NCBI GenBank assembly: GCA_965248695.1
Contig: CBDFKD010000002.1
Span: forward strand, 2,624,001-2,688,000
Direction of reading: 5' to 3'
DNA length: 64,000 nt
DNA from: Acidobacteriota bacterium
GTDB lineage: Bacteria; Acidobacteriota; UBA890; WLXD01
The notes beneath the pieces were generated by a model. The model saw only the letters and a list, made by a program, of their open reading frames with translations, was not told the origin of the DNA and searched no databases. This document shows positions 1 to 9,542 of the stretch, piece after piece. Numbering within the stretch: the first letter of the stretch is position 1; each line of letters begins with the position of its first letter. Both the position numbers and the translations under genes were made by a program.

Positions 1-51
1 TGCCGATCCCCGGAATCAATCAGTACCGCTCCGAGCTCTCGCAGGGTCCGG

Positions 52-270
52 TCATCGCATCGCAGACAAAATCTTGAGCCGATCGATTCGCTGTCGGTTG
101 TGGTCCTCGAGACAGTTGGCGTGAATGAGTGGCTGGATCGAACCGCCCTCGAACGGCGCTGCTTCGAACTCGCAATCCAGATCACGGAAGCTGCTCCACT
201 GTTCCTGGAGGGCGACGAGCTGATCGTGCGAACCGGCCAGGGAGCGATCGTACTCGCTCGCGTCAAGCAA
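52..270 (-). pseudogene. C-terminal half of an LprI/DUF1311 lysozyme-inhibitor-like protein, lacking signal peptide and N-terminal Cys region
   Basis: L..Q..W..FRDLDC.FEA...EGGSIQP.I.ANCL......RI..L pattern. An in-frame TAG lies about 14 codons upstream, so no N-terminal half can be added. Confidence 0.55.
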
Positions 271-303
271 GGTGATGATCTCGCTCCCGAGCCAAGGCGA
301 GCC

Positions 304-335
304 TGAAGCCTACCGCCGGATCGCAGGAGATCCAA
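304..335 (-). promoter_or_regulatory. sigma70-like promoter TTGGAT-N17-TAGGCT (copy 1 of a motif found three times)
   Basis: The minus strand reads TTGGAT, 17 nt, TAGGCTTCA. The same layout occurs at 9352-9380 and 48604-48632. Confidence 0.5.
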
Positions 336-454
336 ACGAAGGAGTTTGTTCGCCATCTCGTCGTTGCTACTGCTTTTCCGCATGACTACGCTCGGCCGTT
401 GACGGTTACACCGAAAGCACCGGCAAAGCCCAATACCCGCGTAGGAGATCCTCG

Positions 455-3400
455 ATGAAGAACGACAACTCCCGGAGACGGCTCGGACTTGCGCTGACCC
501 TAGCGGCGGCAACGCTACTGATAACCGGGATCGGCGGGGCGTCCGAAGGCCCTGCCACCGCGCCTCGACCGCCGGCGGTGGGCGGACTCGTCGGGGGCCA
601 TAGCCAGGCGGAGCCGGGTGCGCAAGAGTCGACGGCGTGGGACGTGACCGCGGCGCGCGGACGGACGCGAACCATCGACTTCGAGACTCGCGAGGGAACC
701 TGGATGTCGGTCGACATCTCACCCGACGGGCGCTGGATCGTCTTCGACCTGCTGGGGCACATCTACCGGGTATCGGCCGATGGCGGCGCCGCCGAATCCC
801 TGACTCAGAACAGCGGCGTGGCGGTCAACTACCAGCCCAGCTTCTCGCCCGATGGAGCGACGATTGCCTTCGTCTCGGACCGCACCAACCAGCCCAACCT
901 CTGGCTCATGGATAGCGACGGCGCCAACCCTCGCGCGGTTTTCCGCGACGACGCCGTGCGCGTGGCGAAGCCCGCGTGGACGCCGGACGGCCAGTTCATC
1001 CTGGTGCAGCGACGACCCGGCGGCATGTGGATGTACCACCGAGACGGCGGCGACGGGATCTCGATTCTGGATGACGAGTTCGCGTCGGCCGGCTGGCCGT
1101 CGGTCTCCCGGGACGCCCGCTACCTGTTCTTCGATCTGGCGAAGGACGTCGGCCTTGTCGGGGCGGTTGGCGGCGCCCGCCAGATCCGACGGGCCGAGCT
1201 GTCCAGCGGCGAGGTGATCAAGATCACTGCCGGGATCCCCGACACTCAGATCCGCCTCTCCAGCGGCGGCGGCTACGCTGCGGAGATCTCGCCGGACGGT
1301 CGATGGCTGGCGTTCGCCCGTCGCATTCCGAACGGGACCCTGAACTTCAAAGGACACCGATATGGGCCGCGCACCGCACTCTGGCTGCGGGACCTGCAGA
1401 CCGGGGCCGAGCGCCTCCTGATGGACCCGATCGAGAACGATCGCGTCGAGTCGCGCGGCTGGGACGTGTTGCCAGGCTACAGCTGGGACGCCGAGGGCCG
1501 CTCCATCGTCATCTCGCAGGGCGGCAAGATCCGTCGCCTCGATGTCGCCAGCAGCGAGGTGAGCACGGTGCCGTTCACTGCCAGAGTGCATCGCGTCATC
1601 TCCGAGCGCGCCTACGCGCCGTTCCGCATCGACGACGAGCCCTTCGACGCCAAGTTCCTGCGTTGGCACACGCTGTCTCCGGACGGCAGCAAGCTGGCGT
1701 TCGAGGCCGGCGGTCGTATCTGGGTGATGGATCGAGATCCGGAAAGTGGCACGCAGCGAGGCGAGGCGCGACGCCTTACCCCCGCGTCATTCGGGCCCTT
1801 CGAGCTCTCCCCTGCCTGGTCACCCGATGGTGAGTTCATCGCCTTCACCAGCGCCAACGAGGCGGCGCGCGGCCATGTCTGGAGGATATCCGTCGCCGGC
1901 GGCGCCCCCGAGCAGCTCACCGAGACCGAGGGCGAATACCTCCATCCAGTCTGGAGCCCGGGCGGTCGCGACATCGTCGCGGTGCGCGGATCGGGGGTCA
2001 CCAGCCACGGTCGCGGATGGATGTTCAACCCGTACTACGAGCTGGTGAACGTCAGCGCCTCAGGAGGATCCGGCCCCGGCGAGGTGATCACGATGGTCAA
2101 TCCGCCCTCCGAGGTGGGCGTCTACGGGGTCTCGCGGCGCTCGATCATGCAGCCCTCCTTCGGCCCCGGAGGGCGCGTCTACTTTGCCGAGGATCAGGAA
2201 AATGAAGACGGCAACGCGGTCGTGGCGCTGGTCTCGGTACGGCGCGATGGCAGCGGTGAGCGGGTGCACCTGACCTTCCCCTATGCCGACGAGATCGCCC
2301 CGTCGCCCGACGGCCGCTGGGTCGCCTTCCAGGAGGGCGACAACGTCTACGTCACGGCGTTTCCCGCCTTCGGTACCGGCGGAAACCCACCGCAGATCGA
2401 CAAACGCGACGGCGACCTTCCTGTACGCCAGGTCAGCTTCGAAGGCGGCATGTTTCTGCGCTGGCGCAGCGCCGACGAGCTCGAGTTCGGCAGCGGCAAC
2501 CGCCACCACCTCTATCGCGTCGACACGGGAGACGTGCAGAGCACCGAGGCGCGGCTGAAGCTGTCGCGGCGCATCCCCGACAGCTCGATCGCGCTCACCG
2601 GGGCGCGGATCGTCACGCTCGACGGCGATACCGTGATCGACAACGGCACGGTGGTGGTGCGTGGCAGCCGTATCGTCTGCGTCGGAGAGTGTGCCCTCGA
2701 CGTCGACAGGGTCGTGGACGCGACGGGCACCACGATCATCCCCGGCTTCATCGACATGCATGCCCACCACCATCGCGAGACCCGCGGGGTGATCGGCAAG
2801 AAGAGCTTCGAGGCGGCCGTCTACCTGGCCTACGGCGTCACCGCCGACCTCGACAACTCGATGTGGAGCCAGAACATCTTCACCACCGCCGAGCTGGTGC
2901 GCTCGGGCGCCCTGCTGGGACCGCGCACCTTCAGCACCGGTCCGCCGCTGTATCGCGGCGATGCCTTCCGCCAGAACGAGATCACCAGCTACGAGGTGGC
3001 GGAGCAGAACATCGCCCGCCTGCAGTCGTGGGGCGCAGTGTCGTTGAAGCAGTACATGCAGCCACGCCGCGACCAGCGCCAGTGGATCACCGACATTGCA
3101 CGCAAAGTGGGGCTGATGGTCACCTCCGAGGGCGGCGACCTGAACTACAACCTCGGCATGATCATGGACGGCCACACCGGCTGGGAGCACCCGCTCGGCT
3201 ACCTGCCCCTGTACAGCGACGTCACCACGTTCTTCGGGCGCGCCGAGGCCACCTATTCGGTCACCTTCGGGGTCGGCTCGGCGCCCTGGAACGAGAACTA
3301 CTGGTATGCCGAGAGCAACGTCTGGGAGGACGAGAAGCTGATGAGCTGGATGCCATGGCGGACCATCCTGCCGCACGCTCGCCGGCGACCACTGCGTCCG

Positions 3401-3847
3401 GCCACCGACTACAGCTTTCCGTATCTCGCACAGGCGGTGGAAGACATCATCGATGCCGGCGGCCACGGCGCCATCGGAGCGCACGGGCAGGGTCACGGGA
3501 TCGCGCCCCACTGGGAGGTGTGGATGGCCGCCTCGGCGATGGGTCCGCTCGGAGCCTTGAAGCTGGCCAGCCAGCAAGGCGCCTATTTTCTCGGCGTGCA
3601 GGAGGATCTCGGCTCGATCGAAGTCGGCAAGCTGGCGGATCTGCTCGTCCTCGACTCCAACCCGCTGGACGACATCCGCAACACCACCGACATCCGCTAC
3701 GTCATGCAGGGTGGCATCCTGTTCGAGGCCAACACGCTCGATGAGGTCTGGCCGGAGCAGCGACCCTATGGTGCTCGACCGTGGATGGAGGGTGACGCAA
3801 CCCGGGCCGACGACCGCCCGATCGACTACTGGGACCGAAGCCAGTAG
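455..3847 (+). CDS. secreted PD40/TolB-like beta-propeller plus amidohydrolase domain protein
   Basis: AGGAG RBS; signal peptide; many SPDG/WSPDG repeats; C-terminal PGFIDMHAH and GSIEVGKLADLLVLD.NPL.DI motifs. Confidence 0.9.
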   Translation: MKNDNSRRRLGLALTLAAATLLITGIGGASEGPATAPRPPAVGGLVGGHSQAEPGAQESTAWDVTAARGRTRTIDFETREGTWMSVDISPDGRWIVFDLLGHIYRVSADGGAAESLTQNSGVAVNYQPSFSPDGATIAFVSDRTNQPNLWLMDSDGANPRAVFRDDAVRVAKPAWTPDGQFILVQRRPGGMWMYHRDGGDGISILDDEFASAGWPSVSRDARYLFFDLAKDVGLVGAVGGARQIRRAELSSGEVIKITAGIPDTQIRLSSGGGYAAEISPDGRWLAFARRIPNGTLNFKGHRYGPRTALWLRDLQTGAERLLMDPIENDRVESRGWDVLPGYSWDAEGRSIVISQGGKIRRLDVASSEVSTVPFTARVHRVISERAYAPFRIDDEPFDAKFLRWHTLSPDGSKLAFEAGGRIWVMDRDPESGTQRGEARRLTPASFGPFELSPAWSPDGEFIAFTSANEAARGHVWRISVAGGAPEQLTETEGEYLHPVWSPGGRDIVAVRGSGVTSHGRGWMFNPYYELVNVSASGGSGPGEVITMVNPPSEVGVYGVSRRSIMQPSFGPGGRVYFAEDQENEDGNAVVALVSVRRDGSGERVHLTFPYADEIAPSPDGRWVAFQEGDNVYVTAFPAFGTGGNPPQIDKRDGDLPVRQVSFEGGMFLRWRSADELEFGSGNRHHLYRVDTGDVQSTEARLKLSRRIPDSSIALTGARIVTLDGDTVIDNGTVVVRGSRIVCVGECALDVDRVVDATGTTIIPGFIDMHAHHHRETRGVIGKKSFEAAVYLAYGVTADLDNSMWSQNIFTTAELVRSGALLGPRTFSTGPPLYRGDAFRQNEITSYEVAEQNIARLQSWGAVSLKQYMQPRRDQRQWITDIARKVGLMVTSEGGDLNYNLGMIMDGHTGWEHPLGYLPLYSDVTTFFGRAEATYSVTFGVGSAPWNENYWYAESNVWEDEKLMSWMPWRTILPHARRRPLRPATDYSFPYLAQAVEDIIDAGGHGAIGAHGQGHGIAPHWEVWMAASAMGPLGALKLASQQGAYFLGVQEDLGSIEVGKLADLLVLDSNPLDDIRNTTDIRYVMQGGILFEANTLDEVWPEQRPYGARPWMEGDATRADDRPIDYWDRSQ

Positions 3848-4201
3848 CGAGAAGCTCTGCGGCGACAGCGGGCGGCGATCGTGGGCTCGGTGGGCCCGTT
3901 CGCGGCCGTGGCCGAACAGTCGAGCTTGCCAATCGGACCGCCACCGAGGGCCGAGGCCGCGGTGACCGGCCGGTTCGCGAGCAGCGACACCCATCTTCTG
4001 ATGGGCTTTCGACAGACAAGGTAAGAACGAACCTACAAGCGTGCGCATCGCACGACAACGGTGTCCAATTGGCGTCGACAGCTAAGTGGTTCGCGTTGTA
4101 CGCTTCGCCATTCCATCATGCTGACACCGTACATATATGGGGAAACGTACACTCGCGGGATGGGCGAATAACCCGCGAAAATGAGCCCCGGAGGCTAGCG
4201 C

Positions 4202-4441
4202 ATGCCCATCAAGAAGAGCCGTTACGTTGCACCCGCCATCTTCAGTCTCGCGATCGCCGGTGTCTCCAGTTCGGCGAGCGCGTCGGCGGCCCCCAAGGTC
4301 GACATTTGTCATAAACCGGGTACTCCGGCGGCCAAGATCAAGAGCGTGCCTTCGCAGGCTGTCCCCGGCCATCTCGGCCACGGTGACTTCGTGATCGGCG
4401 GCAAAGGCAAGGGGGGCAAGGGCAAGGGCGGCTGCAACTAG
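4202..4441 (+). CDS. small secreted His/Cys peptide with Gly-Lys tail; candidate RiPP precursor
   Basis: GGAGG RBS at 4190-4194; Sec-type signal ending ASA; mature part KVDICHKPG...GHLGHGD...GKGKGGKGKGGCN; lies upstream of a PqqD/RRE gene. Confidence 0.75.
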   Translation: MPIKKSRYVAPAIFSLAIAGVSSSASASAAPKVDICHKPGTPAAKIKSVPSQAVPGHLGHGDFVIGGKGKGGKGKGGCN

Positions 4442-4520
4442 GGCGCTGTCACGGAGCCACCGGTCCCGAGTCGCTCCCCCTACTGCGATGCGGTTGAGCG
4501 CACGGTGAGCTGCGAATCGT

Positions 4521-4567
4521 TTCGACACTGCCCGATAGTCGAGCTAGCTATCGGGCGGTGGGTCGAA
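4521..4567 (+). terminator. long intergenic stem-loop (attenuator or mRNA stabiliser candidate)
   Basis: TTCGACACTGCCCGATAG...CTATCGGGCGGTGGGTCGAA gives about 18 bp of pairing with one G-U pair and a small bulge; no U-tract. Confidence 0.5.
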
Positions 4568-4662
4568 CCAGCCCGAAGACGGACCGACCGAGCCAGCCTG
4601 GTCGCCTCGATCGCCAGGGGTGCGGATACTCCGAAAGCCCGCGTTTCCGACGCGCACCGACG

Positions 4663-4956
4663 ATGAGCGAGACCCCGACCAATAGCGACAGGCCACTTGC
4701 GCGCCACGAGTTCTCCGCGGAAGAAATCGGCGACGAAATCGTGGTCATGAACACCGAGACTGCCTTGGCTCATCACCTCAACGCGACCGCAGGCGTGGTG
4801 TGGGACGCCGCGGACGGCTCGCGGACCGTGGATGAGCTCGCCGAACAACTGGTGGAACTATTCGATATCGATCTTGACACGGCTCGTCGAGATGTCGCGT
4901 CAGTACTTGCTCAACACCGTGATCTCGGCCTGATGACGCCATTGCCTTCGACGTGA
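4663..4956 (+). CDS. stand-alone PqqD-family protein (RiPP recognition element)
   Basis: 97 aa; EIGDEIVVMN....AHHLNATAGVVWDAADGSRTVDELAEQL...FDID...ARRDV...L......GL is the usual PqqD winged-helix pattern. Confidence 0.88.
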   Translation: MSETPTNSDRPLARHEFSAEEIGDEIVVMNTETALAHHLNATAGVVWDAADGSRTVDELAEQLVELFDIDLDTARRDVASVLAQHRDLGLMTPLPST

Positions 4957-4962
4957 TACCGG

Positions 4963-5595
4963 ATGAAACTGAAGGACCAACATCGCCACCTGCTCTTTCC
5001 GACACCGATATGGCAGTCGTGGTTCGAGGATTGCGGCGAGCTCAACGATCGGCTGCACCGGGACATCCTGGCATTCGACTGGGACGCGTACAAAAAAGAG
5101 AACAACCTGAGCTTTGGCGATGAGCTAACGTCGCGCAACGAAGACACGTTCATCCCGATCGATCGGGCCCCCGGCATCATGACCGTGCTGCGCGCAGCAC
5201 TCGACGGGGCTCGGGAAGCCGCGACGGACTACGGCTGGGACCTGGAATCGAAGGAACTGGAGGTCGTGCAGTTCTGGGCGAACGTCAACGGTCCACACGA
5301 GTACAACATGCAGCACAACCATGCGCCGAATCACATCAGTGGTGTGTACTACGTGTGGGTTCCAGAAGGATCCGGAGACATTCGCTTCCACGACGAGCGG
5401 ACCCTCCGGTCCGTGACCGAGCCGAACGCCGTCCGCGACAGTCCGCTCGCCTACACGAGCTATACGTTCCGACCCACCGAAGGCATGCTGCTGCTGTTCC
5501 CGAGTTGGCTGGACCACATCGTGGGTCAGAACCAATCGGACGACGTCCGCGTGTCCATCAGCTTCAATATCGACCTGGTAACCCCTAAGTCCTAG
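4963..5595 (+). CDS. TIGR02466-like 2OG-Fe(II) oxygenase
   Basis: LFPTPIW start; WANVN; HNH...ISGVYYV; P.EG.LLLFPSWL.H.V; RVSISFN (2OG-binding RxS). Confidence 0.88.
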   Translation: MKLKDQHRHLLFPTPIWQSWFEDCGELNDRLHRDILAFDWDAYKKENNLSFGDELTSRNEDTFIPIDRAPGIMTVLRAALDGAREAATDYGWDLESKELEVVQFWANVNGPHEYNMQHNHAPNHISGVYYVWVPEGSGDIRFHDERTLRSVTEPNAVRDSPLAYTSYTFRPTEGMLLLFPSWLDHIVGQNQSDDVRVSISFNIDLVTPKS

Positions 5596-6776
5596 TGGCC
5601 TGTAAGGAACCCCTGACCCGCCGAACGATGATGCAGTGGGGTCTCGCCGGCTTGCCGCTGACTGCCACGTCGCCGCTTGAGCCTATCCTCTCCGCAAGGC
5701 AGAACGGCAGCGCGGATCTCGAGCGGCTACGCGGCCTCGTGAGGCTCTCGGGCGACGGACCGTCGATGACGCCCCCCGAGTACGTCGATCTGTTGCAGCA
5801 GATCTCTCGCGACGACGGGATCGAGACCGACAACTACTCCCGGGGCGGCGTCGTGGCCGCACTCGAGGAGCGCATGGCGGCGCTGCTGGGCAAGGAGCGC
5901 GCGGTGTTCCTGGCCACCGGTACGCTGGCCAATCATCTGGCGGTGCGCATTCTCGCCGGCGATAACCGGCGTGTGGCGGTGCAACGCGACAGCCACCTTT
6001 ACGCCGACTCTGGCGACTGCGCCACGGTGCTGAGCGATCTGAACCTGGTGCCGCTGGCCCACGGCCGCGGCACCTTCACCGTGGAAGAGCTCGAAGAGCT
6101 CCTCGAACGAACCGGCTCCGGGCGGGTAACGACGGGACTCGGGGTCATCTCGATCGAATCGCCCATCCGCCGGCGCTTCGGCGAGACATTCGACGACGGC
6201 GAGATGAAGCGCGTCTGCGCCTGGGCGCGCGAGCGCGGCATTCGCACCCACCTGGACGGCGCGCGCCTGTTCATGGCCTCCCCCTACACCGGGATCTCGC
6301 CGCGCCAGTACGCCGACCGCTTCGACACCGTCTACGTATCGATGTGGAAGTACCTCAACGCCATCTCCGGCGCCATCCTCGCGGGGCCCGCAGCGCTGCT
6401 CGACGACCTATTCCACACCCGACGCATGTTCGGCGGCGCCATGCCCGGCGCCTGGCCGCTGGCGGCGGCGGCGTTGCGCTCGCTCGACGGCTTCGAGGAG
6501 CGCTTCGCCGCGGGCGTGCGGGCCGGCGAGGAGCTAATCCGGGCGCTCGACGCCACCCCAGGCTTCGAGGTGCAGCACATCACCGGCGGCAGCAACCGCT
6601 TCTGGCTGTCGGTCGACGGCGACCCGGCGAAGCTCGTCGAGCGGGCGGCCGCGGCTGACGTGCTGCTGCCCTCACCAGGACGAGACGGCCGTTTGCTGCT
6701 GACCGTCAACGAGACGCTGGCCCGCCGGCCGACCCGATACGTGATCGAAGCGATCACCGCAGCTGCGGCCGGCTGA
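5595..6776 (+). CDS. threonine-aldolase / beta-eliminating lyase family PLP enzyme with Tat-like signal
   Basis: GKERAVFLATGTLAN, HLDGARLF and YVSMWK (PLP lysine); N-terminal TRRTMMQWGLAGL; GTG start overlaps the upstream TAG. Confidence 0.82.
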   Translation: MACKEPLTRRTMMQWGLAGLPLTATSPLEPILSARQNGSADLERLRGLVRLSGDGPSMTPPEYVDLLQQISRDDGIETDNYSRGGVVAALEERMAALLGKERAVFLATGTLANHLAVRILAGDNRRVAVQRDSHLYADSGDCATVLSDLNLVPLAHGRGTFTVEELEELLERTGSGRVTTGLGVISIESPIRRRFGETFDDGEMKRVCAWARERGIRTHLDGARLFMASPYTGISPRQYADRFDTVYVSMWKYLNAISGAILAGPAALLDDLFHTRRMFGGAMPGAWPLAAAALRSLDGFEERFAAGVRAGEELIRALDATPGFEVQHITGGSNRFWLSVDGDPAKLVERAAAADVLLPSPGRDGRLLLTVNETLARRPTRYVIEAITAAAAG

Positions 6777-6911
6777 GCGAGCGAGGTCGTCGCTCGCCTC
6801 CGCCTTGTCCGTTGAGCTGTCCCAGGCTCAGGCGGCCGACCCGCGTGTCGTCAGTCATGAGCGACAACTCCGTTCGAACGCCGCATCCCGCGCCCAGCGC
6901 AATCGAGAAGA

Positions 6912-6995
6912 CTAGAACGGTAGCTCGCAGCGCTGTCCGGCCAACACCGAGAGGGACAAGGTCCCGTAGTGGCCTAGTTTGGTGCCGGGTTCCAT
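6912..6995 (-). pseudogene. decayed 5' remnant of a Ser/Thr kinase gene
   Basis: Reads [10 protein letters not shown], nearly identical to the starts at 9318 and 48570. A degenerate ILSPLGVGG-like stretch follows, then a stop. Confidence 0.6.
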
Positions 6996-7008
6996 GGCGC
7001 GAACCTAG

Positions 7009-9318
7009 TCAGGGAAGTCCGATCTCGTCAAAGAACGCCTCGATGCGGGGCTCGTCAGCGAAGCCGAAGGCATCGAAAGGAAACACTCTCATCCAGGGCA
7101 AGAATGAGTCGTGCACCTCGTGTGCTTTCCGGAGCCACTCGATGGCCGCGTCGATGTCTCCGGACACCCGTGCCGCCAAGTAGAAAACCACCTCCGAGAC
7201 CGGTTCGCGCTCGCTCCGCTCCCTCAGCTCCGAAAGAAGTTGTTCGCCTGTCGCCGCATCGCCAAAGTGAAGGTGATTGATCGCCACATACCCGGTATTG
7301 AGCGGGTCACCTCCCGATAACTCCACCGCTCGCTCGTACGCCGCCGTCGACTCCTCGATCCTGCCAAGCTCGCGCAGTACCCATCCCTCGACGTGATGCG
7401 GGTGGAAGTGACCTGGATCGAGCTTACGCGCCTCCTCGGTGAGCTGGAGGGCACGTTCCGGGTCGCCCATGGAGAGGGGAGCATAAGCCTGATGACTCCG
7501 GTAGAGACACGCCAACGGATCAAGCTCGCACGCAATCTCCGCCTGTGCCACTGCCTCCTCGGGCCGTTTCAGGATCGTCAGCAGGCACGCGTAAAAGAAA
7601 CGGGTGTCCGGTGATGCGGGGTCGAGTTCGATGGCGCGGACGAAGTGCATTTCCGACGCCTGCCAATCCAGATCGGCCATCAACGCTATGGTCCCCAGGA
7701 TCGCGTGTGCATCGGCGGTCGAATCATCGATCGCCAGGGCTTTGTGCGCCGCCTCACGTGCCTTCGGGTAAGCGTCGAGAGCCGGCATGCCGCCCCAGAC
7801 AGAGGCCACGGCGAAGGCCATTGCCATGCCTGCCCATGCTTGGCCGTAGTCCGGATCGATCTCCACCGCCTGCTGGAAGCAATCTATGGCAATGGTCAGC
7901 TCATCCGGCGTCCAACGTCCCCCGTGAAAGCGCCCCTTGAGATACAGGTTGTAGGCTTCAAGGCTCTGCGTGGCACGCTCGACGATCGGGGCGTCTGAAT
8001 CGCCGCCCAACTGCACTTGGAGCTGGCCAACGATGGCTCGGGCGATCTGATCCTGTATCTCGAAGACATCCTCCATCTCCCGGTCATAGCGCTCCGACCA
8101 CAGTTGGTAGCCTTCGGCGACATCGACAAGCTGCGCAGCGATACGCAGGCGGTTGCCGAACTTGCGCACGCTGCCCATCAACACGGTGCCAACGTGGAGC
8201 TTCTCGCCCACCTCGGCAATGTCGACAGCTGCGCCCCGGAACATGAATGCCGAGGTGCGCGCTGCGACGCGTAGATCCTTGACCGCACCGAGTGCACTCA
8301 TGACCTCCTCGGCCATGCCGTCGCAGAAGTACTGCTGCTCCGGATCGGGGCTCATGTTCTCGAACGGCAGCACCGCAATCGAGTGGGTGGTGGCGGGCAG
8401 ATGAGCCGCTTGCACCTTCGGGGCGGGAGCCTGTCGCGAGGCGGCACCATCCGGATGCTCACCGGAGTCGATCTCACGACGTAACCCCGCCAGTTCGCTG
8501 AGCACGTCGCGAGCCGATTGGGATCGCTGGTCCGGGTCCTTCTGAAGACACCGACTGATGATCCTGCCCAGATGGCGGGGAAGCTGGTGGTTGCGTTTGG
8601 TCACAGGCAGCGGCGTGTCGCGCAGGATCGCTGAGCTGGTTGCCGCCACGCTATTGCCCTGGAAGGGCTGCTCGCCGGTGGCCATCTCGTAGAGCACCAC
8701 ACCCAGCGAGAAGATGTCGGTGCGGTGATCGACCGCACGGCCTTCGAGCTGCTCGGGCGACATGTAGGGGACCGTGCCGAGCACCATCCCCTCACCGGTG
8801 AGGGCTCGGGTGGCCATCTCGGCCGCCTCGCCGACATCTTCGGCGGCGAGTAGCTTGGCCAGACCGAAGTCCAGCACCTTCACCCGTCCGCTGCCGTCGA
8901 GCATGACGTTTTCGGGCTTCAAGTCCCGATGTGTGATGCCGCGCTCATGAGCCGCGGCCAAGGCTTCAGCGAGCGCCTCAGCGATCGGAAAGAAGTCCTG
9001 TAGGGGTACTCCGTCGGCAGGGATCGCATCGTTCAGCAAGCGCCCTTCGACCAGCTCCATCGTCAGCAGTCGTCGCCCGCTCATCTGCTCGATGGAATAA
9101 ATCGTGACGATGTTCGGGTGGTTGATGGCGGCAACCGCCTTGGCTTCGACTTCGAAGCGGGCCAGCCAGTCAGCGTCACCGGCAAAATCCTCGGGCAGCA
9201 CTTTGATGGCGACATCGCGATCCAGGGACGTGTCGCGGGCGCGATACACCTCCCCCATACCGCCTGCGCCCAGCGGAGCGAGGATCTCGTAGTGACCTAG
9301 CTTGGTGCCGGGTTTCAT
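7009..9318 (-). CDS. Hanks-type Ser/Thr kinase with TolB-N-like and TPR domains
   Basis: [35 protein letters not shown]; [11 protein letters not shown]; C-terminal TPR helices. Confidence 0.93.
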   Translation of the reverse strand: MKPGTKLGHYEILAPLGAGGMGEVYRARDTSLDRDVAIKVLPEDFAGDADWLARFEVEAKAVAAINHPNIVTIYSIEQMSGRRLLTMELVEGRLLNDAIPADGVPLQDFFPIAEALAEALAAAHERGITHRDLKPENVMLDGSGRVKVLDFGLAKLLAAEDVGEAAEMATRALTGEGMVLGTVPYMSPEQLEGRAVDHRTDIFSLGVVLYEMATGEQPFQGNSVAATSSAILRDTPLPVTKRNHQLPRHLGRIISRCLQKDPDQRSQSARDVLSELAGLRREIDSGEHPDGAASRQAPAPKVQAAHLPATTHSIAVLPFENMSPDPEQQYFCDGMAEEVMSALGAVKDLRVAARTSAFMFRGAAVDIAEVGEKLHVGTVLMGSVRKFGNRLRIAAQLVDVAEGYQLWSERYDREMEDVFEIQDQIARAIVGQLQVQLGGDSDAPIVERATQSLEAYNLYLKGRFHGGRWTPDELTIAIDCFQQAVEIDPDYGQAWAGMAMAFAVASVWGGMPALDAYPKAREAAHKALAIDDSTADAHAILGTIALMADLDWQASEMHFVRAIELDPASPDTRFFYACLLTILKRPEEAVAQAEIACELDPLACLYRSHQAYAPLSMGDPERALQLTEEARKLDPGHFHPHHVEGWVLRELGRIEESTAAYERAVELSGGDPLNTGYVAINHLHFGDAATGEQLLSELRERSEREPVSEVVFYLAARVSGDIDAAIEWLRKAHEVHDSFLPWMRVFPFDAFGFADEPRIEAFFDEIGLP

Positions 9319-9351
9319 GGCGGTTCCGAGATAGGGTGGATGAGCGCCTGA

Positions 9352-9380
9352 AGCCTATCGTCAGTGCGCATTCGAACCAA
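9352..9380 (-). promoter_or_regulatory. kinase promoter TTGGTT-N17-TAGGCT (copy 2)
   Basis: Hexamers with a 17-nt spacer ending about 33 nt before the kinase ATG; shared with the paralog at 48570. Confidence 0.55.
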
Positions 9381-9468
9381 CATCAGGGGTCAGGACTGGC
9401 CGAGTAGCGTTGGGGGCGGGGTCTAGGGTCCGGGCGTCGATCGATCTGCTTCTCCAGAAATCGACTCT

Positions 9469-9502
9469 TACGTAATCACGTACGTTAATATGTATAAATA
9501 CG
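9469..9502 (+). promoter_or_regulatory. AT-rich promoter/operator of the toxin-antitoxin pair
   Basis: TACGTAATCACGTACGTTAATATGTATAAATACG contains palindromes TACGTA and ACGTACGT; Phd/YefM antitoxins autorepress at short palindromes. Confidence 0.5.
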
Positions 9503-9542
9503 CTCCCGTAGACAGCCGCGTCACGTCCAATCAGGAGAGAAC

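Noticed and set aside
2060-4048. 662-aa minus-strand ORF, and similar long antisense ORFs at 18726-20285, 22551-24686, 28625-30862 and 32328-33668
   Set aside because: They are antisense shadows of well-supported genes in high-GC DNA and carry no recognisable motifs.
3848-4201. Known riboswitch upstream of the small peptide
   Set aside because: Hairpins are present, but I could not match any riboswitch consensus by eye.
4663-4956. PqqD as part of PQQ cofactor biosynthesis
   Set aside because: There is no pqqA (ExxxY) peptide or pqqB/C/E in the window. The PQQ-like propeller at 12014 is a structural repeat family.
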